Part shown: positions 19,692-28,850 of the stretch, piece by piece
How the letters are laid out: each line of letters starts with the position of its first letter
Numbering within the stretch: position 1 is the stretch's first letter
From: a virus
Lineage: Duplodnaviria > Caudoviricetes
IMG/VR virus record: IMGVR_UViG_2770939586_000001
Reading direction: 5' to 3' (one strand)
DNA length: 64,000 bases
The notes under the pieces: generated by a model
What the model was told of the DNA's origin: nothing
The model's database searches: none
What the model saw: the letters and a program-made list of their open reading frames with translations, nothing else
Translations under genes and position numbers: made by a program

Positions 19692-20414
19692 TTAACGATT
19701 AGAGAGAAGGAATTTGAACATAATTTTAAGATCTTCTTTATTGGCTTCAAATGTGCGTAGTTTTTCATTTGCTGACTCTTCTAAAACTTGTTTAATCTCC
19801 TCATATCCATTTAAGATGCTGAATGCTTGAAGATAATCAAGTAACCCATCCTGTTTACTTATCTCTTCCTCAAGGGCTGTTATTGCATCTAATCGCCCTT
19901 TTTTATCCCAATAAATAGAAATGTTGTTTTTAATTAACTTTAGGCCGTGTTCTTCAATATACTGATCATTTTTTTCGTGGTTGTTTTCATCCAAATCCAG
20001 AATTATTACTGGTTCTTCAAGTGCTAATAAATTGTACCATTGAGGTTGCATTTTATGAAAAGCTAAGTAATTAGCGAGGAGCCGCATTCCTTGGCTTACT
20101 AAATCAGCTGTTGTGTATGGCGTCCCATTGATTAAGTAAATATAAGGGGCCTCACTTTTATTTGTTTTACTTTTAGTAGTCATTACTTCTATTAAATCAT
20201 TCATTAATTGAGAACGACTAACAGCACGCGGCATTTTATCAAAATCAATATCGGTTGACTCATTCTCCTTTTCTATCGTTGTTTTAACTCCAAGATCTGA
20301 TAATATAGAGTATTTACCTAAGCACATCATGTCTAAACGAGATAAATTTTCTTTTTCTAGTACCAAACTTGTCCTAATTTTCTCTGGACTGCCGTCTGTG
20401 TTGATTACCTTCAT
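19692..20414 (-). CDS. AT-rich hypothetical protein, possible ribbon-helix-helix N-terminus
   Basis: RTSLVLEKENLSRLD...SRSQLMNDLIE; RBS AAGGAG. Confidence 0.45.
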   Translation of the reverse strand: MKVINTDGSPEKIRTSLVLEKENLSRLDMMCLGKYSILSDLGVKTTIEKENESTDIDFDKMPRAVSRSQLMNDLIEVMTTKSKTNKSEAPYIYLINGTPYTTADLVSQGMRLLANYLAFHKMQPQWYNLLALEEPVIILDLDENNHEKNDQYIEEHGLKLIKNNISIYWDKKGRLDAITALEEEISKQDGLLDYLQAFSILNGYEEIKQVLEESANEKLRTFEANKEDLKIMFKFLLSNR

Positions 20415-20543
20415 TTCTAAGCACTCCTTTTTATCAAAATAATTATTACTTAATTTATTACTAAAATCATAAATATTAAGGAGGTAAATGTCAATACTTT
20501 CTTGATGAATTGTAAATCACTTAAAAGATAGGGATATTTTTCA

Positions 20544-21059
20544 TTGGGATTGTCGATGTTAGATGGAGAAGAGGTGATATTTTTGGAATATGTGCTACCG
20601 ATCATAGTAGTGGCAGGAGCCATACTGATTCTATCTTGTTTAAAACCGATTGAGCCAACATTTTCGAAAGTTGACTGGTCACAGCGAAGAAAATGCCAAT
20701 CAAACCCGGAAAAGCTAATGTTTGATGCGTTGGCAAAATGGGATGTAGTAATTCTGACCCAAGTTCCGATTAAGCAGTATCAAATTGACTTATTCTTACC
20801 TAAGTATAAATTGGCTATTGAGTGCGACAGCATATTTCACGATACGCCAGAAGCGCAGGAGCGTGACAGGAAAAAAGATGTTGCTATTACGGAGGCGGGA
20901 TGGAAAGTTATCAGGGTACGGGATGAAGAAATAAAGAAGGATATGACAGGCGTATTATCTAAAGTTGCTCAAGCGATGGATTGGACACCGGAAGAAGCTA
21001 ATAAGAAAGACGATGAATCTGCGATAAAAGATCAAATTCAGCAAAAGGCATCCCGATAA
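20544..21059 (+). CDS. Membrane-anchored DUF559/Vsr-like endonuclease
   Basis: N-terminal TM segment; PE...QVPI..YQIDLF...LAIECD..FH...DRKKD...GWKVIR. Confidence 0.75.
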   Translation: MGLSMLDGEEVIFLEYVLPIIVVAGAILILSCLKPIEPTFSKVDWSQRRKCQSNPEKLMFDALAKWDVVILTQVPIKQYQIDLFLPKYKLAIECDSIFHDTPEAQERDRKKDVAITEAGWKVIRVRDEEIKKDMTGVLSKVAQAMDWTPEEANKKDDESAIKDQIQQKASR

Positions 21060-21074
21060 TGATGGATGCCTTTT
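21043..21074. terminator. Intrinsic terminator
   Basis: AAAAGGCATCC/GGATGCCTTTT. Confidence 0.65.
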
Positions 21075-21142
21075 CTTATGGTAATAATTATTTTCCAATC
21101 GCGGATAATACAGTTATACATAATGAAAGGAGTATGGTTCAA

Positions 21143-21490
21143 ATGGAAAAAAGAGATTTTTCTTGGGAACACTATGAGCAACTTTTAAAACAAAACAGGA
21201 AGTTAGCCCAAGAAAATAAATGGTTACATGAACGTATGGTAGAGAAAGATGAGAATATCCAAGAGAAGGACGAATTAATTTTTGCACAGAATCTTTATTT
21301 AGATGATGCAGATGAAAAAGTTTCCAAACTTACTGAAACAGTAAAAGATAATCAAAGCAAAGGAGCTTCCATACTAAAAGCATCAAGCGATACACTAAAG
21401 GGAGTAGAGGAAGTAACTTCAGACGTTAAGATTAGGATAGTGCCCTTGGATGGAACTTCTTGTAGTCCTGCAATTTCTTCTCCATCGTAA
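21143..21490 (+). CDS. Coiled-coil hypothetical protein
   Basis: RBS AAGGAG; heptad pattern; overlaps the 3' end of the recombinase. Confidence 0.5.
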   Translation: MEKRDFSWEHYEQLLKQNRKLAQENKWLHERMVEKDENIQEKDELIFAQNLYLDDADEKVSKLTETVKDNQSKGASILKASSDTLKGVEEVTSDVKIRIVPLDGTSCSPAISSPS

Positions 21491-22268
21491 CAGCCGTATA
21501 GCGTTCAGTGGTTGCGATAGTTTCATGCCCCATAAACTCCTGAATAGTACGTAGATCAGCCCCGTTACTGAGCAAATCAGTCGCAAATGAGTGGCGCAAC
21601 TTATGCGGCGTGATGTTCGCATTACCGCGCCATTTCCGAATTACTTCCCCAACTTGCCATGCGCATAGTTGGGGTTTCTTTTTGCCTGGGAACAGATACA
21701 TCGGATCGCCGTTGCCATCTACCCTCCTCTCATGTAGCCATTCTGCAATCATGTCCATTGTTGCTGGAGCCAGTGGCACAATGCGCTCCTTATTGCCTTT
21801 GCCAAATACCAGAATATATCCTTGGTGATTAATGTCGCTTACCCTGATACCGACAAGTTCACTACGCCGTACACCGGTGCAGTACAGAAGTTCAATCATC
21901 AGTTTATCACGCAGGTTGTCGATTTTATCTACGGTTGCGTCAATATCCTGTACATCAACTGGGCGTGGCAGCTTCTTCTCCTGCTTTGCGCCTTCAACTA
22001 GGATAGCAGGATTGTTTTGGAGGCTTCCTTTTTTAACAAGAAACTTGAAGTATGTCTTGATAGCTGAAAGTTTACGGTTAGAAGTGGCGGCGCTACAGCC
22101 TTGCTTGCGTACACCAATGATGAAATCGGAAATGTCATGTGGAGTCACTTCGGAGTAAGGCTTGGTGATGGAGGAAAGGAACTGGTTAATATCGCGACAG
22201 TAGCCATCAAGTGTGTTCTCAGACAGGTTACGCTCATAGCGCAGGTAATTTTTGAAATCCTCAATCAT
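21432..22268 (-). CDS. XerC/D-family tyrosine recombinase
   Basis: LLYCTGVRRSEL, GKGNKER, HKLRHSFAT, MGH...TTERY catalytic set; SAM-like N-domain. Start moved to fit the RBS. Confidence 0.93.
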   Translation of the reverse strand: MIEDFKNYLRYERNLSENTLDGYCRDINQFLSSITKPYSEVTPHDISDFIIGVRKQGCSAATSNRKLSAIKTYFKFLVKKGSLQNNPAILVEGAKQEKKLPRPVDVQDIDATVDKIDNLRDKLMIELLYCTGVRRSELVGIRVSDINHQGYILVFGKGNKERIVPLAPATMDMIAEWLHERRVDGNGDPMYLFPGKKKPQLCAWQVGEVIRKWRGNANITPHKLRHSFATDLLSNGADLRTIQEFMGHETIATTERYTAVTMEKKLQDYKKFHPRALS

Positions 22269-22333
22269 ACGTATCATCTCCTTATATCTACTTTCCGACA
22301 CCTACTTTATCATCTGCCATAATATTTTACAAC

Positions 22334-22348
22334 AATATTCAGAAAATA
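22334..22348. promoter_or_regulatory. CodY-box-like site
   Basis: AATATTCAGAAAATA, 2 mismatches to AATTTTCWGAAAATT; AT-rich context limits specificity. Confidence 0.35.
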
Positions 22349-22374
22349 ATTATCGGGATAATTTTTCGTTTCGA

Positions 22375-22412
22375 CTGAAATTCTGTGGAGATGTCCCGTA
22401 TAGAGTATACGA
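22375..22412 (+). promoter_or_regulatory. Phage promoter motif, copy 1
   Basis: CTGAAA-N16-CGTATAGAGTATACGA. Confidence 0.75.
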
Positions 22413-22454
22413 ACAGAAAATGAGGGGGAGGTGAAATAAAAAAATCAGTTTCCA

Positions 22455-22492
22455 CTAAAATTTATTCTTTGTGCAACGTATAGAGTATGTGA
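22455..22492 (+). promoter_or_regulatory. Phage promoter motif, copy 2
   Basis: CTAAAA-N16-CGTATAGAGTATGTGA, just before an RBS. Confidence 0.8.
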
Positions 22493-22512
22493 GCAAGCAA
22501 AAAGGAGATGAC

Positions 22513-22833
22513 ATGATGAGAAAAAAGATTTGGTACTGGATTATTCCGTCATATCGTCGATTACATGATGATCGCGAAATGATGCTTGCCCATCTTGAAG
22601 CGACTCACCACAACCTGCATTTGTACGAGCGACTGTATCAGGAGATGGCAGACGTGGTTGTAAAGCAAGATGAATGTATCCGGTTCCTGCGTGATGACCG
22701 GGACAAGTCGGGAGAGAAAGTAGATAAGTTGGCAAAGATGATCAATGAGGTGATCGAAGAAGATGGTGTAAGTGAAGTACAGGCAGCTACTGCGCAGGAG
22801 ATTACCGATGGAATCAGGCAGGTTGGAGTATGA
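22513..22833 (+). CDS. Coiled-coil hypothetical protein
   Basis: RBS AAAGGAG; first gene of the early operon. Confidence 0.6.
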   Translation: MMRKKIWYWIIPSYRRLHDDREMMLAHLEATHHNLHLYERLYQEMADVVVKQDECIRFLRDDRDKSGEKVDKLAKMINEVIEEDGVSEVQAATAQEITDGIRQVGV

Positions 22834-23285
22834 AAGCGTACCTGAATCGGCAAGAACGCGAGAACATTGTCACCATGCTGGTGTTCGAGCTGACGATGGA
22901 CAGCCTACTTCAAGCAAGTCCGCGAGTGCAGAAACTGTTTGGTAAGCATTGGTCTGATATGAAGCGGGCGCGGACGTATATTCACAAAGCGTTGAAGGAG
23001 GGGCTTGCCGAATCGCTTGACCAGAAGGAGATTTTACGCATTCACAAAATCGCGCAGAAATGTGACTTCATCGTGCGTGAACGTGCCGGGAAGCCGTTAC
23101 CGGATAAACGGGTGGTAGCGGTGCCGGATACGTTGATAGCGGATTTGGCTGAGTTGGCGATTGCTAACCATTGTCGGGACTGCAAGCGGTGTGATTGGCA
23201 GGAGTGTCGCGTGTTTACGGTGATGCAGGAAGCAGATATTCCGGCAGCACATATGGAGACGGGCGATTGTCCGTATCGGCAGTAA
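22830..23285 (+). CDS. DUF5651-like Cys-rich phage protein
   Basis: YLNRQERE start; CxxC...C...C...CPY end. Confidence 0.65.
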   Translation: MKAYLNRQERENIVTMLVFELTMDSLLQASPRVQKLFGKHWSDMKRARTYIHKALKEGLAESLDQKEILRIHKIAQKCDFIVRERAGKPLPDKRVVAVPDTLIADLAELAIANHCRDCKRCDWQECRVFTVMQEADIPAAHMETGDCPYRQ

Positions 23286-23308
23286 TCATGATGAATGGCG
23301 GTGGATGT

Positions 23309-23809
23309 GTGAGCCATGAATTTTACATTACGCCGGAGGAATACAAAAGAGCACAGCAGAATGGCATTGATGCTGCAAACCTAGAACGGCGTATTCATTT
23401 GTTGGGTTGGAAGAAGGAAAGGGCTATGAATACCCCTTTGAGAGAAAAGTTGGACCGGGGTGAGTGGGCGAAAATTGCAGAACAAAACGGCATCAAGTAC
23501 GACACGTTCATGAGCCGTGTGAACGTCTATGGATGGGATGAGGAACGAGCTGCTACCCAACCGTTACAGGATAGAAAAGCGGCGGCATTGAAAGGTACAG
23601 AAAAGAATCGAGTATATGATCCTGCACATGTAGAGTTGGCGGCTAAAAACGGAATTGCGTACCATACTTTTGTGCGCAGGATAAAGCGAGGATGGGATTC
23701 TGAGAGAGCGGCTACAGAACCAGTCATGACAGCGAGTACAGCAGGTAGAAAAGGTAAGGAGAAAACCATAGAGTTGTATGGTGACTGGAATAGATTTTCG
23801 TTTAAGTAA
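23309..23809 (+). CDS. Phage DNA-binding protein with three HTH-like repeats
   Basis: Three A..NGI...R(I/V)...GW..ERA units. Confidence 0.65.
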   Translation: MSHEFYITPEEYKRAQQNGIDAANLERRIHLLGWKKERAMNTPLREKLDRGEWAKIAEQNGIKYDTFMSRVNVYGWDEERAATQPLQDRKAAALKGTEKNRVYDPAHVELAAKNGIAYHTFVRRIKRGWDSERAATEPVMTASTAGRKGKEKTIELYGDWNRFSFK

Positions 23810-23823
23810 AGGAGATGTGATGC

Positions 23824-24414
23824 ATGACGAGTAAAGAAGAAGTTGCTGTTGCACTACGCTACATGCTGCCCACATTCGATGCAGAAAGCTATGTATTTGC
23901 CTGCATAGGGACGGACCGTTCGACAGGAGATAGTCTGGGGCCGTTAGTTGGCAGTAAGCTAGCGGCGGACGGATATGATGTGATTGGCACATTAGATAAG
24001 CCGCTACATGCGGTGAATTTAGAAGAACGATTAAGCCAAGTGCCAGCGGGGAAAACGGTGATTGCGATTGATGCCTGCTTAGGGAGTATGAGGAAGGTTG
24101 GTACAGTTAGCGTAACGGAGGGACCGCTCAAGCCAGGTGCCGGAGTTGGCAAGAAGCTAGTAGAAGTAGGAGATTACCATATCAAAGCGTTTGTAAATGT
24201 CGGAACACCTAACTACGCAGAAAATTATTTTAATTTAGCAAATACCAGATTGTCGATTGTATTTAAACTTGCAAGTGTCATCTGTGATGCCATTATGGAG
24301 GTGATTGCACCTGTGGTTTTCGAAGAAGTTGCGGCGAGTGAAGATACAGACAGATTTTCAGCTGGATTATCCGATCAGCAAGAGCAGAAGATTGTAGATG
24401 AATGTATCGGTTGA
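23824..24414 (+). CDS. yyaC: Spore protease YyaC (GPR-like)
   Basis: CIGTDRSTGDSLGPLVG, GTLDKPLHAVNL, IAIDACLG, PLKPGAGV, TRLSIV. Confidence 0.9.
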   Translation: MTSKEEVAVALRYMLPTFDAESYVFACIGTDRSTGDSLGPLVGSKLAADGYDVIGTLDKPLHAVNLEERLSQVPAGKTVIAIDACLGSMRKVGTVSVTEGPLKPGAGVGKKLVEVGDYHIKAFVNVGTPNYAENYFNLANTRLSIVFKLASVICDAIMEVIAPVVFEEVAASEDTDRFSAGLSDQQEQKIVDECIG

Positions 24415-24552
24415 GGTGGCGAGATATACGCAGGAGAAAGCGTATGGGACGTAAATGGAGATATGCTACATCAGCGCGATGAGTGTGCGGTGAGATACGT
24501 GAAAGGGATAGCGTGCGAGAAAATAGCTGAGTGATGTTGGGAGGATGAACAT

Positions 24553-24825
24553 TTGAATACTGTCACACGCAAAGATATAGCGTTCAGATTGGGCATCGTA
24601 ACACGAACTAAAAAGCCGCATGTGCCACTGATTGAAGCTGTACTGTCTGAATTAGATGTGAGACCACTTAATAGAAGTCGGACAAGGGCAGAGTTTGAGG
24701 AAAGCTCTATCCAGCAGGTGCGTCAGTGGTTTTATGAGCGAGTAGGAATTGAGTTTCCAGAGTTTATAGAAGCAAATAGCCAGCGTTTTCAAGTTCGGTA
24801 TTTGCCAGAAGAGGATGCATCATAA
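24553..24825 (+). CDS. Hypothetical DNA-binding protein
   Basis: RBS GGGAGG; TRKDIAFRLG HTH-like start. Confidence 0.5.
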   Translation: MNTVTRKDIAFRLGIVTRTKKPHVPLIEAVLSELDVRPLNRSRTRAEFEESSIQQVRQWFYERVGIEFPEFIEANSQRFQVRYLPEEDAS

Positions 24826-24902
24826 AAAATGACCTGCCGAAGCAGGCCGCTCGAAAATCAGTCTATGCCAACATTGTAGCAGGGTTCTTGTTTCAGTAGC
24901 AA
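24823..24902 (-). ncRNA. Candidate ~45-nt antisense RNA unit (SigA-like promoter plus cUUCGg terminator)
   Basis: Minus strand: TTGCTA-N18-TACAAT with TGn extension, then GGCCTGC-TTCG-GCAGGTC and ATTTTTT. Confidence 0.45.
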
Positions 24903-24939
24903 ATAGCCTTGAAATTTGCATACACAGGAGATGATATGC

Positions 24940-25125
24940 ATGGAATTAACCGAGCAGCAACGAGCTGATATTAAACACCTGCTTACCAATTTATCTGGTA
25001 GTTTTTATGATGCTGGATACTTGGCTGGCATGAAAGATTTAGGAGATGCAGTTGGGATTGATATGAATGAAATCGTGGAAGAAGTCGCGGATCAGTATTA
25101 CAGGGAGATGGAGGAAATAGTATGA
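24940..25125 (+). CDS. Hypothetical protein
   Basis: RBS AGGAGATGA. Confidence 0.55.
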   Translation: MELTEQQRADIKHLLTNLSGSFYDAGYLAGMKDLGDAVGIDMNEIVEEVADQYYREMEEIV

Positions 25126-27029
25126 TAATTCGTCAACTGGAAGTGAGAAACTTCAAAGGTGCAAAACATGCCATTTGTGCGTTTGGTGAGCAGGTGAAAA
25201 TCAGCGGCGACAACTACACAGGCAAGACTTCAATTGCGGAAGCCATCGTATTCGCGCTGTACGGCCTGAATCTGGATGGAAGCAGCCGGACAGATTCGCT
25301 GGTCAACAAGGATGAGCGTAAAGCAGAAGTGTCCGTTACGGTAGAAGTAGATGGGCGCACCTTCGAGATTCGACGGGAGCAGACGCGGCAAAAGAAAGTG
25401 CTGCTGAATAAGGTGCAGGTTACACAAGCTGAGATTGAATCTGTCATTGGACCTGCTGAAAATTTCATGGCATCATTCTGGCCGACTCACGTATTAGGCA
25501 TGAGTGATAAAGAAGCACGAAACTTCTTCATGAAGTTTGTGCAACTGATTGAACCGGGAGTGGTACTGTCTGAAATGGACCAAGTGTTCCGTGATGCTTT
25601 GCAAGGTTTGGAGATGCATGACCCGGAGAGCCGCAAGAAAGAACTGAACGCTGAGATTAAGGAGATGCAGGCTGACCTATTCTATATTGAGGGTGCGGTT
25701 GCTACGCATCAAGTGACAATGCAGATGGATGTGCCGGAGAAAGTAGATACACAGGAGATGGAATTACCGCTTGAGCAAGTAGAGAAGCAACTGTTTGCCG
25801 TAAGTGAAAAGCCAGCGTTACAGGATACGTCAGGATTAGAAGATAGGATTAAGGAATACGAACGCAATATGTATACCGTTTTACCACCACAACCAGTGTT
25901 GCAGGATATGGCACCGTTTGAGCAGGCTGTACGAGACGCAGAGTGTAAGCTGTATGAAGCAGAACGTATGCCGGAGCCAAAAGCGCCGGATGTGACTGAT
26001 ATTCAGCATAAAATCGCAACGTTACGTGCAGAGTACAAAGTTGTGAAGCATGAACTTGATCAACTTGCTATACCGCTTCAGGTAGGGGATACATGCCCGA
26101 CATGCCAGCAGAGCTTTAGTGAGCAGGCGTATGCATTGGCTATGAAAAAGCTAGATGAGCGCAAGAAAGCGTATGAAGATGAGTTGTCGGAAATGGAAGA
26201 TGCGGGTGGCAGTCTTCAAGCGCAACTAAAAGCAAAACAAGCGGCGTACAAACGCGAAGTAGAAGCTTATCAATCGCAGAAAGAGCAAAAGATTGCAGAA
26301 GCAACGCAGGCGATTGAGAAAGCAAAAGCAGACCTGCAAGCTGTGAAAAAGGCTAATGCTGACGCTATGAGCCAGTATGAGGAGCAAAAGCAACAAGTTG
26401 CGGCTGAATGGATGCAGAAGGTAGAGGAAGCTAAACAAGCGCTGCGTGATGTTCAGGAAGGAAACAATCAGCTCATTGTTGAGTGCGAGAGGGTAGAGAA
26501 GCAACGAAAAGCAGATTTACAGCAGCAACGTACAGAGTTGCAGCAATCGCTCGATGAACGACGCAAAATCAACGCCGAGCGTGAAAGTATTCTTCAGCGT
26601 AAGGAAGAAGCGGCGCAGGCGATTGAGAAGATGCAGGCATCAGCCGAGAATGACAAGTCTGTGATTGAACGGAATGAGCTGGCGATTAAGGCTATCAATG
26701 AATATGTTGCCAAACATGCGGAGATGCAGGCTGGACAGATTGAGCAGTACTTTACGAATGTATCAATCAAGCTGTTTGATGTGACAAAGACAACAGGTGA
26801 GATTAAGCCGGTATTCAAGTTGCTGTACAATGACAAGCCAATCAATATTCTATCGCTGTCTGAGCGTATTCGGCTGGGGCTAGAAGTGGCCGGTATGGTG
26901 AAGCAAGTGACTGGGAAGGTATACCCTACATTTGTAGATAACGCCGAGAGTATCACGCATTTTGATGCGATACCAGGGCAACTGTTCACAGCCACAGTAG
27001 TAGCAGGGCAGTCGTTGCAGGTTGAGTAA
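25122..27029 (+). CDS. SbcC/Rad50-like ATPase
   Basis: Walker A GDNYTGKTS, coiled coil with CPTC hook, LSLSE signature, FVDNAE Walker B. Confidence 0.88.
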   Translation: MIIRQLEVRNFKGAKHAICAFGEQVKISGDNYTGKTSIAEAIVFALYGLNLDGSSRTDSLVNKDERKAEVSVTVEVDGRTFEIRREQTRQKKVLLNKVQVTQAEIESVIGPAENFMASFWPTHVLGMSDKEARNFFMKFVQLIEPGVVLSEMDQVFRDALQGLEMHDPESRKKELNAEIKEMQADLFYIEGAVATHQVTMQMDVPEKVDTQEMELPLEQVEKQLFAVSEKPALQDTSGLEDRIKEYERNMYTVLPPQPVLQDMAPFEQAVRDAECKLYEAERMPEPKAPDVTDIQHKIATLRAEYKVVKHELDQLAIPLQVGDTCPTCQQSFSEQAYALAMKKLDERKKAYEDELSEMEDAGGSLQAQLKAKQAAYKREVEAYQSQKEQKIAEATQAIEKAKADLQAVKKANADAMSQYEEQKQQVAAEWMQKVEEAKQALRDVQEGNNQLIVECERVEKQRKADLQQQRTELQQSLDERRKINAERESILQRKEEAAQAIEKMQASAENDKSVIERNELAIKAINEYVAKHAEMQAGQIEQYFTNVSIKLFDVTKTTGEIKPVFKLLYNDKPINILSLSERIRLGLEVAGMVKQVTGKVYPTFVDNAESITHFDAIPGQLFTATVVAGQSLQVE

Positions 27030-27157
27030 TGGAAACATGTGTTGTGTGTGGTGATCCAATTGAGCCGGGGGAGAAAACTCTTCCGGTTCATGATGGGGCT
27101 ACTGGAGAGAAGAAAGACGTAGCGTGTTCAGGGTGCCGAAGTGAATTTGTGAATTGA
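27029..27157 (+). CDS. 42-aa zinc-finger protein (not in ORF track)
   Basis: METCVVCGDPIEPGEK...VACSGCRSEFVN; TAATG translational coupling. Confidence 0.6.
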   Translation: METCVVCGDPIEPGEKTLPVHDGATGEKKDVACSGCRSEFVN

Positions 27158-27170
27158 GGAGATGAGATGC

Positions 27171-27728
27171 ATGGGCGAGAAACCACAAAACTTTTACGAG
27201 AAGATGGCTTCCGTAGATGTGGGTGAATTCATCGAGAAAAAAGCTGGATTTAGCTATCTTTCTTGGTCGTGGGCGGTTGACCAGCTACGCCGTCATGATC
27301 CAACAGCTACATGGGAGGTAAAGCGGTTTGATAGTATGCCGTACTTAAAAACAGACTGCGGGTATTTTGTAGAAGTAGCAGTGACATGCAACGGAGTCGA
27401 ACTATCTCAAATTCATCCTGTACTTGATAACCGTAACAAACCTATCGAAAAACCAAACTCCTTTCAAATCAATACAAGTATCCAGCGGTGCTTAGCTAAA
27501 GCAATAGCGCTACACGGCTTAGGTTTGTACATCTATTCAGGAGAAGATTTACCACCTTCCGAACCACAAGAACCAACACCGTCTATCAAAGAGAATTGGA
27601 AAAAACTCATGGGTGATACAGACAAGTTCGATGCACAGTATCAAAAATGGGTGAGTGAAGGTCGCTCAAATGAATGGATTGAGCAATTTTTAACAGACAA
27701 GTTAGCAGATAAGCAGGGAGGACAATAG
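27171..27728 (+). CDS. Sak3/DUF1071 single-strand annealing protein
   Basis: [45 protein letters not shown]. Confidence 0.88.
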   Translation: MGEKPQNFYEKMASVDVGEFIEKKAGFSYLSWSWAVDQLRRHDPTATWEVKRFDSMPYLKTDCGYFVEVAVTCNGVELSQIHPVLDNRNKPIEKPNSFQINTSIQRCLAKAIALHGLGLYIYSGEDLPPSEPQEPTPSIKENWKKLMGDTDKFDAQYQKWVSEGRSNEWIEQFLTDKLADKQGGQ

Positions 27729-27729
27729 C

Positions 27730-28194
27730 ATGAACAGATCAATTTTGCTCGGTAGACTTACGAAAGACGTGGAGATGCGTTATACGCAGAACGGAACTGC
27801 GATTTGCACGTTCACACTGGCAGTAGATCGACGCTTTAAGCGTGATGGTGAACCAGACGCAGACTTCCTTAACATCGTAGTCTGGAGCAAGCTGGCTGAG
27901 CTTTGTGCCCAGTATTTGAAGAAAGGTCGTCAGGCAGCCGTAGAGGGTCGGATTCAGACACGCAACTACGAGAATAACGAAGGCAGGCGCATCTATGTAA
28001 CCGAGATTGTGGCGGAGAACGTAACATTTATCGGTGGTCATGGTGATAGCGGAAATAGTAATGGTAACGGTGGACAAGGGCAGCAACCCAGTGGTAATCA
28101 AGGTGGCAGACGTTCAGGTGGTTCGTTTAACGACAACCCGTTTGCAGATGACCAGCGACCAATCGACATCTCGGATGATGATTTGCCTTTTTAA
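27730..28194 (+). CDS. ssb: Single-stranded DNA-binding protein
   Basis: OB-fold motifs; DISDDDLPF tail. Confidence 0.95.
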   Translation: MNRSILLGRLTKDVEMRYTQNGTAICTFTLAVDRRFKRDGEPDADFLNIVVWSKLAELCAQYLKKGRQAAVEGRIQTRNYENNEGRRIYVTEIVAENVTFIGGHGDSGNSNGNGGQGQQPSGNQGGRRSGGSFNDNPFADDQRPIDISDDDLPF

Positions 28195-28228
28195 TACAGT
28201 AAAGTACTAAAGCGAAAGGGGGAGCCAG

Positions 28229-28447
28229 ATGATTGTTAACCCTGCTGTGTTAAGTTTAGCCGCAGAAATGGTGCTTGATGAAGCGATTCGCAACTATCGA
28301 ATCGACACCCTGCATAAGAAAATCGATCATGCGCTTGAGCATGGCGATCGTCTGATGTTTGATGAAGCGACAAGTAAATTAAAGAGTTTAATTGATGAAA
28401 GTTCCGTACGTAGCGATTCGCACAAGTACTTTATGGAGATGAATTGA
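28229..28447 (+). CDS. IDEAL-domain protein
   Basis: AEMVLDEA...KIDHALEHGDRLMF. Confidence 0.75.
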   Translation: MIVNPAVLSLAAEMVLDEAIRNYRIDTLHKKIDHALEHGDRLMFDEATSKLKSLIDESSVRSDSHKYFMEMN

Positions 28448-28448
28448 T

Positions 28449-28787
28449 TTGGCTAAATTCCCTGATTATCGACTGATTGACTGCTACAAGTCGCGGTATC
28501 TGAACAAAACGTTTATCGAGACGCTTCTCTATTGCGTAACGTGTGATCTGCATTTCTCGGTGAATATTTTGGATGTGAACGGCCATGGTGTCATATGTAC
28601 CCGGTGCCAAAGTGATGATCTTGTGGAAGTGGGAACGACTGAGGTAAAACTGGTGGAAATATGGGATGAGGGTTCTGTTGGAGTTTCGTGGGATGATCCG
28701 ACAGCTATCCGAATGGACGATGGCGAAGAGATTGAGCCTACATGGGCATATTACGGTGTTCGTCCTCAGTCTGAGTACGATGAATAA
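28449..28787 (+). CDS. Zinc-ribbon hypothetical protein
   Basis: CVTC...CTRC. Confidence 0.5.
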   Translation: MAKFPDYRLIDCYKSRYLNKTFIETLLYCVTCDLHFSVNILDVNGHGVICTRCQSDDLVEVGTTEVKLVEIWDEGSVGVSWDDPTAIRMDDGEEIEPTWAYYGVRPQSEYDE

Positions 28788-28850
28788 TAGCTTGGCTGTT
28801 CAGTCCTACTATATGGGGCTGGACAGCCAAATATGCGCGGAGGTCAGCAT

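Noticed and set aside
15473-22268. Tail-fibre shufflon driven by the adjacent tyrosine recombinase
   Set aside because: No inverted fibre cassettes or repeated crossover sites were seen among the fibre genes.
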